This document shows, in pieces, positions 29,174 to 39,172 of a stretch of 64,000 nt of DNA. Made by a program: the position numbers and the translations under genes. The notes under the pieces are model-generated. The model was not told where the DNA came from and searched no databases. It was given only the letters and a program-made list of their open reading frames with translations. The stretch is from NCBI GenBank assembly GCA_037446395.1, contig JBBIIP010000012.1, positions 9,633 through 73,632 on the forward strand, written 5' to 3'. This DNA comes from Lentimicrobiaceae bacterium. Its GTDB lineage: Bacteria; Bacteroidota; Bacteroidia; Bacteroidales; JAAYJT01. Positions within the stretch are counted from its first letter, which is position 1, and every line of letters starts with the position of its first letter.

Positions 29174-30979
29174 ATGCGTAATCCATTTCATGGGAGAAAG
29201 GTACTTATCATCGGGCTTTTCCTGGTGGTGGGGGCGGTGTTCGTAATGCGCCTTTTTTACCTTCAGGTTATTGATACCAGTTACAAACTTTCGGCCAGTA
29301 ATAATGTATTTCGCTATGTTACTCAATATCCGGCCCGTGGATGGGTTTACGACAGGAACAACCAACTTCTGGTGTACAACGAGGCGGTTTATGACCTGAT
29401 GGTTATTCCCCGCCTGGCCAAAAATATTGATACTGCCGAGTTTTGCCGCATCATTGGCATCGAAAAGAGCACTTTCATTCAAAACATGGATCGGACAAAA
29501 AGTTATAGCAGGGTAAAGCCCTCTATATTTGAAAGGCAGCTTTCGAAAGAAACTTATGGTATTCTTGAAGAAAAGCTCTATAAGTTTCCCGGATTCTTTG
29601 TTCAAACCCGAACACTCCGGAAATATACATATACAATCGCGGCCCATACGCTTGGCTATATTGGTGAGGTTAGCCCGCGACAAATCGAAGCTGACCCGTA
29701 TTATGCACAAGGCGACTATATAGGAATAAGCGGAATTGAGCAAACCTATGAATCAGTTCTCAGGGGACGCAAAGGAGTAAAAATCAAGATGGTGGATGTA
29801 CATAACCGAGAAGTGGGCAGCTACCAGGATGGGCGATTCGATACGGCGGCCATTATGGGCAACAACCTGGTTATTACCATTGATGCAAAGTTGCAAGCCT
29901 ATGGTGAAGCATTGATGGCAAACAAAAGGGGGAGTATTGTGGCCATTGAACCCTCATCAGGAGAAGTACTTGCCCTTGTTAGCAGTCCCGCTTATAATCC
30001 AAATCTGCTTGTAGGGCGAATCAGGGCACAAAACTATGGCATATTGAACGAAGATTCTCTTAAACCCTTGTTCAACCGGGCCTTGATGGCAACTTATCCT
30101 CCGGGTTCAACTTTTAAGCTGGCCAATGGACTTGTTGGATTGCATCAGGGAGTGATTACTCCGCAATCGCGTTTTGGTTGCGCTGGCCGCGAAACAAAAC
30201 CCATTCGCTGCAGCCACGGCCACAGCTCGCCCCTGCCCCTGAATGAAGCCATTGAACATTCTTGCAATCCATATTTCTGGGGTGTTTTCAGGTCAATTAT
30301 TGAAAACCCGCAAACCAGGAACACCGAAGCGGCATATAATAACTGGTGTGCTGATATGCAGAGCCTTGGATTTGGTAATGTTGTGGGGTTGGATTTGTTT
30401 TCAGAGCAGCGTGGTAAAATCCCTCTGCCATCGGAATACAATAAAATCTATGGAAAAGGTCGCTGGAGGGCTCTAACAATCAGGTCTTTATCTATCGGCC
30501 AAGGAGAAATTCTTTTAACGCCCATTCAAATGGCAAATTTCGCAGCTACCATTGCAAACCGGGGCTTCTTTTACCCGCCCCATCTTGTGAAAGCCATTGG
30601 AAAGAATGATAGCCTCAAGCCCATACGCATCGAAAAGCACATTTCAAATATCGAACCTTATCATTTTGATATAATCATTGACGGGATGCACCGCGTTTTC
30701 ACAGCAGGACACGGAACCGCCCGCTGGTATGCCCTGCCCGATATCCTCATGTGTGGCAAAACGGGTACTGCCGAAAATCCCCATGGCAAAGACCATTCAC
30801 TTTTTATTGCATTTGCCCCGAATGATGATCCCAAAATTGCCATTGCCGTAGTGGTCGAAAATGCCGGCTTCGGAGCCACATGGGCTGTGCCGATAGCAGT
30901 GCTGATGATGGAAAAATATCTTAAAGGAGAAATCAGTCGCCTGGAAATTGAGGAAAGGATGTTAAACGGAAAACCATGA
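29174..30979 (+). CDS. mrdA: Penicillin-binding protein 2 (elongasome transpeptidase)
   Basis: 601 aa with an N-terminal TM. Motifs STFK, SCN and KTGTAE. Confidence 0.94.
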   Translation: MRNPFHGRKVLIIGLFLVVGAVFVMRLFYLQVIDTSYKLSASNNVFRYVTQYPARGWVYDRNNQLLVYNEAVYDLMVIPRLAKNIDTAEFCRIIGIEKSTFIQNMDRTKSYSRVKPSIFERQLSKETYGILEEKLYKFPGFFVQTRTLRKYTYTIAAHTLGYIGEVSPRQIEADPYYAQGDYIGISGIEQTYESVLRGRKGVKIKMVDVHNREVGSYQDGRFDTAAIMGNNLVITIDAKLQAYGEALMANKRGSIVAIEPSSGEVLALVSSPAYNPNLLVGRIRAQNYGILNEDSLKPLFNRALMATYPPGSTFKLANGLVGLHQGVITPQSRFGCAGRETKPIRCSHGHSSPLPLNEAIEHSCNPYFWGVFRSIIENPQTRNTEAAYNNWCADMQSLGFGNVVGLDLFSEQRGKIPLPSEYNKIYGKGRWRALTIRSLSIGQGEILLTPIQMANFAATIANRGFFYPPHLVKAIGKNDSLKPIRIEKHISNIEPYHFDIIIDGMHRVFTAGHGTARWYALPDILMCGKTGTAENPHGKDHSLFIAFAPNDDPKIAIAVVVENAGFGATWAVPIAVLMMEKYLKGEISRLEIEERMLNGKP

Positions 30980-30985
30980 TTTAAT

Positions 30986-32245
30986 ATGCGGGATGATAAA
31001 AACATATTGGCTCACGTAGATTGGAAAATCGTTATGATCTACCTTGCCTTGATCACGATCGGATGGATTAGTATTTATGCCGCAGTATATAACGAAGAGT
31101 ATAAGAGTATTTTCGATCTTACTCAAAACTACGGTAAACAGCTTGTTTGGATTGTTACTGCAATTGTACTAGGATGGATTATTTTGTTGCTCGATGCAAA
31201 ACTTTTCTCTGCTTTTGCATATTTGATCTACGCCGGAGTAATGTTCTTACTGGTTGCAGTGCTCTTTAAAGGCGCAGTGATTTCAGGAAGCAAATCCTGG
31301 TTTCAAATTGGAGAATTTGCCTTGCAACCTTCCGAGTTTGCAAAATTTGCCACCGCCCTGGCGGTTGCAAAATATATGTCTTCGATGAATTTTAATCCAA
31401 AATTGCTTGTCAATAAGGCGATACCACTGGTATTGATTGGAGTGCCCGCCCTGATGACCCTGCTTCAGAACGATACAGGATCAGCCTTGGTGTTTTCATC
31501 TTTTATCCTGGTTTTCTATCGTGAAGGGCTACCGATAAAACTGATTATTGCCGGAATTTCAGTTATACTGTTGTTTCTTCTGACCTTAAAATTTGGCGAG
31601 CTGGCCATGATCATCATTAGCACAGTCATTGCTTTAGGCGCACTGCTGTTTGTGAAAAGAAACCTGCAAAATATGCTTCGGATTGCAGGTATACTTGTGG
31701 TTTCCATCGTAATGATTCATGCCATTCAGGTGGCTTTCGAAAAAGTGTTGCAGCCGCATCAGCAAGCCAGGATCAATGTATTGCTCGGCAAGCAACTCGA
31801 CCTGAGGGGGGTAGGTTATAATGTTCAACAGTCGAAAATTGCCATTGGCTCAGGGGGATTCTTGGGTAAAGGCTTTTTGCAGGGCACACAAACCAAATAT
31901 AGCTTTGTCCCCGCACAGAGCACTGATTTTATCTTTTGCACGGTTGGCGAAGAATGGGGATTTGTGGGTAGCCTTGTGGTTGTTGTTTTATTTATTCTGC
32001 TGCTGACGAAAATTATTGATATGGCAGAGCGACAACGATCGCATTTTAGCCGCATTTATGGCTATGGGTTGGCTTCGGTAATTTTTTTCCATTTTTCAGT
32101 AAACATTGCCATGACCATTGGTTTATTTCCGGTAATTGGAATACCCTTGCCTTTTTTAAGCTATGGTGGGTCGTCGTTGTGGGCATTTACGATTATGCTT
32201 TTTGTTTTTATCAAACAAGATGCCAACCGAATGATGTTGTTATAG
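30986..32245 (+). CDS. rodA: Rod shape-determining protein RodA (SEDS glycosyltransferase)
   Basis: 419 aa with about 10 TM helices. Motifs LQPSEFAK, TDFIF and PLPFLSYGGSS. Confidence 0.94.
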   Translation: MRDDKNILAHVDWKIVMIYLALITIGWISIYAAVYNEEYKSIFDLTQNYGKQLVWIVTAIVLGWIILLLDAKLFSAFAYLIYAGVMFLLVAVLFKGAVISGSKSWFQIGEFALQPSEFAKFATALAVAKYMSSMNFNPKLLVNKAIPLVLIGVPALMTLLQNDTGSALVFSSFILVFYREGLPIKLIIAGISVILLFLLTLKFGELAMIIISTVIALGALLFVKRNLQNMLRIAGILVVSIVMIHAIQVAFEKVLQPHQQARINVLLGKQLDLRGVGYNVQQSKIAIGSGGFLGKGFLQGTQTKYSFVPAQSTDFIFCTVGEEWGFVGSLVVVVLFILLLTKIIDMAERQRSHFSRIYGYGLASVIFFHFSVNIAMTIGLFPVIGIPLPFLSYGGSSLWAFTIMLFVFIKQDANRMMLL

Positions 32246-32257
32246 GCTTCAGACATC

Positions 32258-32290
32258 AAAAAACCCCGTAGAAGTTCTACGGGGTTCAAA
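32258..32290. terminator. Bidirectional intrinsic terminator between convergent rodA and ppiD
   Basis: 9-bp stem CCCCGTAGA/TCTACGGGG (32264-32272 / 32276-32284) with loop AGT. Flanked by AAAAAA on the left, which is the T tract for the minus-strand transcript, and by TTCAAAGTT on the right. Confidence 0.7.
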
Positions 32291-32312
32291 GTTGCCCTGA
32301 TTCTAAATCAGG

Positions 32313-34439
32313 CTAGTAGTATGAAATTCGGTGGTCCTCAATCTTGGCATTCTTTTCAATCGAGACAAAGGTTTCGCGCGATGCCCGTGACCGGAAAATA
32401 CTGGACAAGGTTCTTTTGGTATTGGCAAGAGTGGCTTCATCGGGTTCGGTGTATTTTTCGCTATCGGGTTGCAATAGATACACACCGCCATCGCCTTTGA
32501 TTGTGCCAGATAGTTTTCCCTGCGGCAAACCAAAAATATTTCCAACAACGATTGGTTCCCGCCCATAGCGTGCAAGGTTGCTCGAAGAAAAATTCACAAA
32601 AGTCAGCGTGTCGACCGTGCTGTTCAGTTTGGCTGCAATTGCATAAAGATCAGCATTATTGTTTGCAGCGTCATTGAACTTATTTATTAAGATTTCGGCT
32701 TTTTTCTCGCGACGAGCCAGCGGTTCTATTAAAGACTTGCTCTGCTCGAAGTCCATCGCTCCTTTTTCTTTAACCTCTCTGAGCATGGCCACAACGAATA
32801 CACCTTCCAGCTCAAAGGCAGGCGAAACATCTCCCTTTTTTGTTTTTGTATCATATGCCCACCGAATGATTTCACGGGGGGATGAGATTCCGGGGATATT
32901 GTTATCCATTGCCCGGATATCGTCGGCGCTTCTTTTCGCTAAACCCATATCTGCGATTGCTTTTTCAAAACTCTCTGCATTGCGATTAGATCCGGAGAAC
33001 TGACTGGCTTTCACATAGGCAGCCTGAATGGTGCTGGTGCTTGGCTCAATTTTTCGCTCTACAATAGCAACCCTTACTTTGGGTTTAAGTTCTTTTTTTC
33101 CGGTTATTTCCACAATATGAAAGCCAAATCTGGTTTCAACCTGAACAAGCTCTCCAACGCGTCCTTTCAGCACTGCCTCATTGAAAGGACCAACCATTGC
33201 CCCGTCGGCAAACCAATTCAGATCGCCTCCGCGTTGGGCTGCAGTGGCATCATCAGATTGGGTTGCGGCATATAACATAAACATTGAGCGATTATTTTTT
33301 ATAAGGGCAAAAAGGCTATCGGCTATTTTTTGAGCGCGTTCCTTGGTGCGGGTTACTTCCTTGTTCACTCCGGTTCCCTGGTATGTGATGAGAATGTGGC
33401 TGGCCTTCATCGAATCGGGACGGCTTTGCGTGGCTACCAGTTTGGCAAGCGTAAATTTGTTTTCCTCCACGAACGGACCCACTACTGTTCCGATTGCAGA
33501 TGTGAACATGGGCTCTTCGAGGTTTAATTGCAATACGCCGCGCCCGAACCAGGTGCTATCATAGCGCTTGTCAGATACTGCATTTACAAAAGCACCGGGG
33601 TTGTCAGTATGTTTAAACTCTTCATAGATTTCATTGATTTCTTTTGTGATCTGTGCACGGTCCTCTTCCGAAGGCTGCACATCAAAAATTACATAATCAA
33701 AGGATCGGAATTCATTCGCATGGGTAAACCGATAGCTATTCTTATCGTAGTAGTTTTTGAGATCCTTGTCGGTTATTACGACATCTTCATCAGGCACAAT
33801 CTGGTAGCGTTGAACTACCGACCTTAGCTCGAGTTGGCGGTTTTTTGCTTGATGATCGTACTTTGCAATCTGGGTTGGAACATAATATGCCCGACCAACC
33901 AGGTTATTGTATTTGGTGGTCAATCTGTCGTTTTTGACCGCTTTTTCGATATAAAGGTATCGTTGGCGCGTGGCGGGTTCAACCTGATCGAAATTTTGAA
34001 GAAAGTTTTCAACCTGCTGGGGGTCAAATACTCCCGTTTTTGAATCAGTAAAACTTTGTTGAATATATGTGTGTGGGTTGGCTCCCCGGATGAGTTCGTC
34101 GAGCTCTTCGGTAGAAACGGTGAGGCCGACAGCTTCATGTTGTTTGTTCATTAGAATTTCGTTCACCATTTCTTCCCAAGTGGACTGACGAACCGAAAAT
34201 TGTTCTTCTGCTGTGAGGTTTTCTCGTCCAAGGCTCTGGCGACGATATCCCATGTTGTCTTCCACCCTTTGGTTGAATGTCATAATGGAAAGATCTTCGC
34301 CATCAATAACACCAACATTAAATTTCTGTTTTTGGGGGCCTTTTGTTAATAAATCGCCAAGCACAAAAGATGCTAACGCTACTCCGATAATGACAATGAG
34401 TAGTCCTGATTTCTTCCTGATTTCTCCGATTAACGCCAT
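32313..34439 (-). CDS. ppiD: Membrane-anchored periplasmic chaperone / peptidylprolyl isomerase (PpiD/SurA-like)
   Basis: 708 aa. N-terminal anchor GLLIVIIGVALASFVLG, a SurA_N-like region, and parvulin motif GGDLNWF...RFGFHIVE. Confidence 0.85.
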   Translation of the reverse strand: MALIGEIRKKSGLLIVIIGVALASFVLGDLLTKGPQKQKFNVGVIDGEDLSIMTFNQRVEDNMGYRRQSLGRENLTAEEQFSVRQSTWEEMVNEILMNKQHEAVGLTVSTEELDELIRGANPHTYIQQSFTDSKTGVFDPQQVENFLQNFDQVEPATRQRYLYIEKAVKNDRLTTKYNNLVGRAYYVPTQIAKYDHQAKNRQLELRSVVQRYQIVPDEDVVITDKDLKNYYDKNSYRFTHANEFRSFDYVIFDVQPSEEDRAQITKEINEIYEEFKHTDNPGAFVNAVSDKRYDSTWFGRGVLQLNLEEPMFTSAIGTVVGPFVEENKFTLAKLVATQSRPDSMKASHILITYQGTGVNKEVTRTKERAQKIADSLFALIKNNRSMFMLYAATQSDDATAAQRGGDLNWFADGAMVGPFNEAVLKGRVGELVQVETRFGFHIVEITGKKELKPKVRVAIVERKIEPSTSTIQAAYVKASQFSGSNRNAESFEKAIADMGLAKRSADDIRAMDNNIPGISSPREIIRWAYDTKTKKGDVSPAFELEGVFVVAMLREVKEKGAMDFEQSKSLIEPLARREKKAEILINKFNDAANNNADLYAIAAKLNSTVDTLTFVNFSSSNLARYGREPIVVGNIFGLPQGKLSGTIKGDGGVYLLQPDSEKYTEPDEATLANTKRTLSSIFRSRASRETFVSIEKNAKIEDHRISYY

Positions 34440-34464
34440 TTTCTATTTTTTTTAAATGAGTTTG

Positions 34465-34472
34465 CAAAAATA
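34465..34472 (-). promoter_or_regulatory. Putative -7 box (TAnnTTTG) for ppiD
   Basis: Minus-strand TATTTTTG, ending 25 nt upstream of the ATG at 34439. Confidence 0.35.
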
Positions 34473-34546
34473 CAAGAATTGTTCACTCAAAAAACAAAAA
34501 CATAAAGTCCTTAGGAACCAATTGGATTGTTTTTGTGAGTATCGAG

Positions 34547-35818
34547 TTATTTGTCTTCCTGAATAAAAAGATGAACCTGTTCGATCCGGGTTTTGCTGGC
34601 TGCAATAATCACAAATCGAAATCTCCCTATCAGGATTTCTTCATTCTTATTGGGAATACTTTCATGAAAATAGGTAATGAGCCCTGCCAGGGTTTCGAAA
34701 TCGTCTGATTTTGGCAGGGCCAGTTGATAAGTTTCGTTTAGATAATCTATTTCGAGTCGGCCTGAGAAAACGAATTCATCTTCAGAAAGTTGAACCTCAA
34801 CGCTCTGATCCTGATCATATTCATCATCAATTTCGCCAAATATTTCTTCAATCACATCTTCCATGGTAACAATGCCCGATGTGCCACCAAATTCATCCAC
34901 CACCAGGGCAATTGTTTTGTGTTCCCTGGTGAAACTTGTAAGCATTTTGTCGGCTGTCATTGTTTCGGGAACAATCATGATTGGCTTGATAATGCTTTTC
35001 AATTCGTTTGGTTTTTTAAATAGATCAAAAACATGTGCATACCCAATAATGTTGTCAATGCTTTCGCTATACACCGGAATACGCGACAGGCCCCTGTGGC
35101 TCATAAGCTCGGCAAGGTTGTTTATTGTTTCGTTTTCACCAATTGCAGCAACTTCAGTACGCGGTATCATACATTCGCGAACCTTAATCATGTGGAAATC
35201 CATTGCATTCTGAAACATTTGTATTTCCTGTTTCTCCTCGCTTTGATTAAGTTGTTCACTGTCAATCTCTTGAAGATAATTATCAAGGTCTATTGGGCTG
35301 AACTGGTAGCTGAGTCCGGCTGTTTTGATGCGAAAAACATTTTTCAAAAAGAACTCCGAAATTTTTGTAAAAAAAATTATTATCGGGTAAAATATAAAAT
35401 AAAACAGGTTGATGGGAATGGCAAACAAATTGAGTGTAACATTTGGGTTTATTTTAAAAAGCATCTTGGGTAGAAACTCGGCAAAAACCAGAATCAACAA
35501 CGTTGATGTGATTGTTTGTATCAAAAAGATCGAAAAATCATTATTCAGAAACTGGGGGAGTACAGTGCTCAGCATTGGCTCGAGGCGATGTGTCATGGCC
35601 ATGCCATATATTACCAGCGAAATGTTGTTTCCAACAAGCAATGCTGCAATGAGATGAGACGGGGATTTAACAAACTTTGCCAATATGCGGCCGGTCAGTG
35701 TTCCTTTATTTTTTTCGAGTTCAATTTTTAGCTTGTTAGAGGTAATAAAAGCAATTTCAACCCCCGAAAAAAAGGCTGAAGACAGAATCATCAGGAAAAT
35801 AATAGTATAACTATCCAT
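34547..35818 (-). CDS. Hemolysin-family CNNM/CorC protein (DUF21 TM domain + CBS pair + CorC_HlyC)
   Basis: 423 aa. Four N-terminal TM helices, CBS pair (RECMIPRTEV...SRIPVY), and C-terminal CorC/HlyC domain. No adjacent gldD, so it is not called gldE. Confidence 0.85.
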   Translation of the reverse strand: MDSYTIIFLMILSSAFFSGVEIAFITSNKLKIELEKNKGTLTGRILAKFVKSPSHLIAALLVGNNISLVIYGMAMTHRLEPMLSTVLPQFLNNDFSIFLIQTITSTLLILVFAEFLPKMLFKINPNVTLNLFAIPINLFYFIFYPIIIFFTKISEFFLKNVFRIKTAGLSYQFSPIDLDNYLQEIDSEQLNQSEEKQEIQMFQNAMDFHMIKVRECMIPRTEVAAIGENETINNLAELMSHRGLSRIPVYSESIDNIIGYAHVFDLFKKPNELKSIIKPIMIVPETMTADKMLTSFTREHKTIALVVDEFGGTSGIVTMEDVIEEIFGEIDDEYDQDQSVEVQLSEDEFVFSGRLEIDYLNETYQLALPKSDDFETLAGLITYFHESIPNKNEEILIGRFRFVIIAASKTRIEQVHLFIQEDK

Positions 35819-35844
35819 TGTATTGAATGAATATGAATAGCATG

Positions 35845-36426
35845 TCAGATTTTCTCCACTTCGAGTTCCCCGCTTGTTTTCTTAATTACCCAATTATCGA
35901 AGGCTTCATTTGATTCAAATCCCTTCTCTCCGTATATAATGTTGGTGGTTGTAGTAATTTTAACAAAGGTGTTTGAAAAAATAATTCTCTTCTCTTGATC
36001 CCAGACAAGATGTTCGGTGTTAATTTTTTCATCCTTAGAAAAATTTACAACTACAACGTTTCGGCGTGCCTCCATGGTTCGGCTCCGTTCATAGCTAATG
36101 GCATAGTCGGCTGTGAGTTTGGTTTTAGGGTTTAACAGGGAATCGAAAAAGACTACGTTTATTCCTTGCGGAAACTCCTGATATGGCTCGTCGCCGGTGA
36201 ATGCCATGGCTACAGGGGCTTTGAACCTGAATTGCAAATGCCCTTGTTGGGTATAAAGTGCATCAACGTTAAAGCTGGTTACGACGGGCAGTGTATCTCT
36301 TTGGGTAACTTCATATACGCGGCTCATATTGTTTTCGCATGAAAAAAGCATTACCGCAAAAAGGCCGGTAATGCTAAGCGCTACGAAATGAATGATGCGT
36401 CGTCCCGCAGGGGATGGAGGTTCCAT
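35845..36426 (-). CDS. lptC: LPS export periplasmic protein LptC
   Basis: About 193 aa with a TM anchor. The pattern LTADYAISYE...ARRNVVVVN..DEKINTEHLVWDQEKRIIFSN.FVKITT...IYGEKGFESNE fits Bacteroidota LptC. ATG at 36426 is preferred over the TTG at 36438. Confidence 0.65.
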   Translation of the reverse strand: MEPPSPAGRRIIHFVALSITGLFAVMLFSCENNMSRVYEVTQRDTLPVVTSFNVDALYTQQGHLQFRFKAPVAMAFTGDEPYQEFPQGINVVFFDSLLNPKTKLTADYAISYERSRTMEARRNVVVVNFSKDEKINTEHLVWDQEKRIIFSNTFVKITTTTNIIYGEKGFESNEAFDNWVIKKTSGELEVEKI

Positions 36427-36443
36427 TTTAGATTGCAATGTGA

Positions 36444-37820
36444 TTACTTGGCTGGTCTTACTGTTGTGTTTTCGTTAATCCAACATTCAACACGATAAGA
36501 CGCCCCATCTTTCAATCCATTAAAGAAGATTGTTTCATGTGAGGGAAAGTGTTTTGAATATAATCCGATGCGCGCCAGGGCGACTTCAGCAACTGATGGA
36601 TCAACAGCGCGTGCCTGCTGATATTTATCAACCGCTGCCCAATACACCCCGCCGGTCGAAAGTTCGTCGGTTCCACAGCTTCTAACACTTTCGGCGTAGA
36701 GATCACCAATGAGTATGAAGGCATTTCCTTCCGTTGGCCGCGCATCAATGGCCTTCAGGGCAGCTTCGCGGGCCTTGCCCGAGTTGTTGACACTTTTGTA
36801 GCTATATGCCAATATTAGTAATCCATCGGCTTTGTCACTGGGATTCTGCAGTTTTTCAGATTCTTTCAGAAATTCAATGGCTTTGCTATATTCTTTGTTT
36901 TTATAATACATCCTGCCTATTCCATAAGCCGATTGGGGCGAAGGATCAAGTTCATAGGCGCGTAGGGTGGCCCGCAGATAAAGTGGCTGATTTGTACATC
37001 CCTTGCGATCAAATAGCTTAATGATTTTATAGAGAAGCTCCAGGTTATTGGGTGTTTCAGAGAGTTTCCGGGAAAAGATGGCTGCAAGATCCTCACAAGT
37101 TGCATAAGGCTCAACCGTTTGTTCTATGAAATTTCTGACATTATCCCAGTTCGCAAGCTCTTTCGGGTTGTTTTGGTTTTGCTGGCTATTAAAATCAACA
37201 ATGGAAATGAGTTGTTCATAGATGTTGAAGAGCTCTTCTTTGGTTAGTTTTTCGTTGCGAATCATTTTTTCGGCTGCCCTGAAATAATATACCAGGATGG
37301 CATGGGCAGAAGAATTTGCCTGAAGATTGACCGAGCGCTTGAACAGGCCAAACAACTCCTCATTATTTTCAGGTTTATGCCTTTGTAGTGCTTCCCCTTT
37401 ACGGCCAAGAAGATCTCCTTCTTTTCCAAAAAACCTGATCCGCTGATCAAAAATCATCATGAGCGTGTCTATATATTTGTTCTTTAATTCCTGCGTTTTT
37501 TGATTGTTGATCATGTGTTCCACAATCGCAACACCATCAATATAGATGTTTTCGCTGGCACGTGGACAATTCCTGAACACCCACCTCCAGGGCGCTATGG
37601 CATCTTCAATAACTTTTCCCTGGCTTCCGGCCTGGCGCCATTGTTTCATGAATTCGCGATAAAGAGAAAAATTTATCACGCAGTTAACACTGTCAGTTCC
37701 CCATTTGGGAGTTTTCATCGGGTCTTGATCTTTTCTTTCAACCTGGGCATTGGCAGGCAGGCTAAGAAAAAATATTCCAACGGACAGGGTCAGCATGATG
37801 AGTAAATTTACTTTTTTCAT
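36444..37820 (-). CDS. Exported tetratricopeptide-repeat protein
   Basis: Signal peptide MKKVNLLIMLTLSVGIFFLSLPANAQ. TPR-like helices toward the C-terminus (YKNKEYSKAIEFLKES..., GNAFILIGDLYAE). Start trimmed from 37883. Confidence 0.6.
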   Translation of the reverse strand: MKKVNLLIMLTLSVGIFFLSLPANAQVERKDQDPMKTPKWGTDSVNCVINFSLYREFMKQWRQAGSQGKVIEDAIAPWRWVFRNCPRASENIYIDGVAIVEHMINNQKTQELKNKYIDTLMMIFDQRIRFFGKEGDLLGRKGEALQRHKPENNEELFGLFKRSVNLQANSSAHAILVYYFRAAEKMIRNEKLTKEELFNIYEQLISIVDFNSQQNQNNPKELANWDNVRNFIEQTVEPYATCEDLAAIFSRKLSETPNNLELLYKIIKLFDRKGCTNQPLYLRATLRAYELDPSPQSAYGIGRMYYKNKEYSKAIEFLKESEKLQNPSDKADGLLILAYSYKSVNNSGKAREAALKAIDARPTEGNAFILIGDLYAESVRSCGTDELSTGGVYWAAVDKYQQARAVDPSVAEVALARIGLYSKHFPSHETIFFNGLKDGASYRVECWINENTTVRPAK

Positions 37821-37885
37821 TGTAGAAATTATTAAGCGAGGGGTTTTAATTTGACATTTGATGCAAAATATATTTGTCAACAATT

Positions 37886-39172
37886 TTAATAAAATTTTCT
37901 TTTTTCAAACCATCTTTCATATATCGAAAAGCCTAAGGAAAACTTCAAAAAACTCTCTCTGATCAAATTACTTTCGGTAGTTCCTCTTGCGCCGGCTTCC
38001 AATCCTAAATTAATCGTTGATTTAGTTCTTGATAGTGGTAATCCTAATCCAAAACTTATGCCAAACTCGTTTATTTGGTTTTTCCTGAGTTCGAGATAGG
38101 TTTGGGTAAATCTGACTCCAAAGCGATACTGCATTTTATTCCAGTAGCTCGAAAGCACAGTTGCCGGGGGATTGAACTGCCCCCCTACAGAAAAAGTCGT
38201 GCTGTTATTCAACGAATCGCTCCGGTCGAAGAAGGTAAATTGTTTCCAATTTTGCCAACGATAATCGGCTCCGAGGACCCAACGATCGGTTTTGCGCAAC
38301 ATAAAGCCCGCTCCAATATCAACAGGCAGTCGCATGGTTCCTTTTTCGAAAGGTGTGTTAAGGATTGTATCCCTGGGGCTGTCAATTCCTGTGGCGCCAA
38401 CCACATAATTGTATGCGAGCATTTTGTCCTTAATATTGCTAACCACCTCGGGGCTATAGGTTAACCCTCCGATCAGCTGATAGTTTTTGCCAATGGGCTG
38501 AAGATACTGCAAGCCTGCGGTAAGCTTGAAGCCCCCCACAACGGTGGTATTCAAAACGCGGGTGTTGAATATATTTATCGAATCGGGGAATGACACGCTT
38601 CGGTTTTTCTCGATGGTGCCAAATAAATAGTTCAGGTTAAGCCCGGCTGAAAAATTTTTCCCGATCGAAAGCGCATTTCCAAAATAAACCTGGTGAATTC
38701 CGCCCGATCCCTCATAGCTTCGTAGCACTTTTCCTAAACCAGTAACGGCTTGAATGTCAACCACTTTATATCCCACATCGCTAAATGGCAAAAGCCCCAG
38801 GCTTGTTTTCCAGTGTTTTGTAACCGGAAAACCCATGAGCAAGTGCCCGAGCGAAGTATAATTCCCATTTTGGGCCAGGGTTTGGGTTTTCATTCGAACG
38901 GATTTGCTGTAAATACTTGCTTCGAAAATAAACGAATTCGGCTCGAGCGATGCGTAAGAAGCCGGGTTGCTGAAATTAATCCGCAACGGGTCTCTCAGGC
39001 CAATGCTGGTGCCACCCATCGCCAAAATCGTTGTGTTGTTATAAAGATGAAGGTCGCCAACTCCAAACCTGGAGTATGGCGAAGTGATTCTTGTTTGCGA
39101 AGCCACAGGTTTTACCAACAGCAAACACAACAAAAGTGCAGCTATGGCTTTAAAAAATGTTTGAGTTTTCAA
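37886..39172 (-). CDS. Outer-membrane beta-barrel protein (FadL/OMPP1-like?)
   Basis: 428 aa. Signal peptide ...VKPVASQ, alternating beta-strand pattern, N-terminal SPYSRFGVGD...NPAS, and an aromatic C-terminus ...RKFY. Its start overlaps the coaX 3' end by 23 nt. Confidence 0.5.
   Translation of the reverse strand: MKTQTFFKAIAALLLCLLLVKPVASQTRITSPYSRFGVGDLHLYNNTTILAMGGTSIGLRDPLRINFSNPASYASLEPNSFIFEASIYSKSVRMKTQTLAQNGNYTSLGHLLMGFPVTKHWKTSLGLLPFSDVGYKVVDIQAVTGLGKVLRSYEGSGGIHQVYFGNALSIGKNFSAGLNLNYLFGTIEKNRSVSFPDSINIFNTRVLNTTVVGGFKLTAGLQYLQPIGKNYQLIGGLTYSPEVVSNIKDKMLAYNYVVGATGIDSPRDTILNTPFEKGTMRLPVDIGAGFMLRKTDRWVLGADYRWQNWKQFTFFDRSDSLNNSTTFSVGGQFNPPATVLSSYWNKMQYRFGVRFTQTYLELRKNQINEFGISFGLGLPLSRTKSTINLGLEAGARGTTESNLIRESFLKFSLGFSIYERWFEKRKFY

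Noticed and set aside
29165-29743. 192-aa ORF antisense to the 5' part of mrdA.
   Set aside because: It is a shadow of a well-supported PBP2 gene. It has no recognisable domain, and its start region overlaps the mrdA promoter and start.
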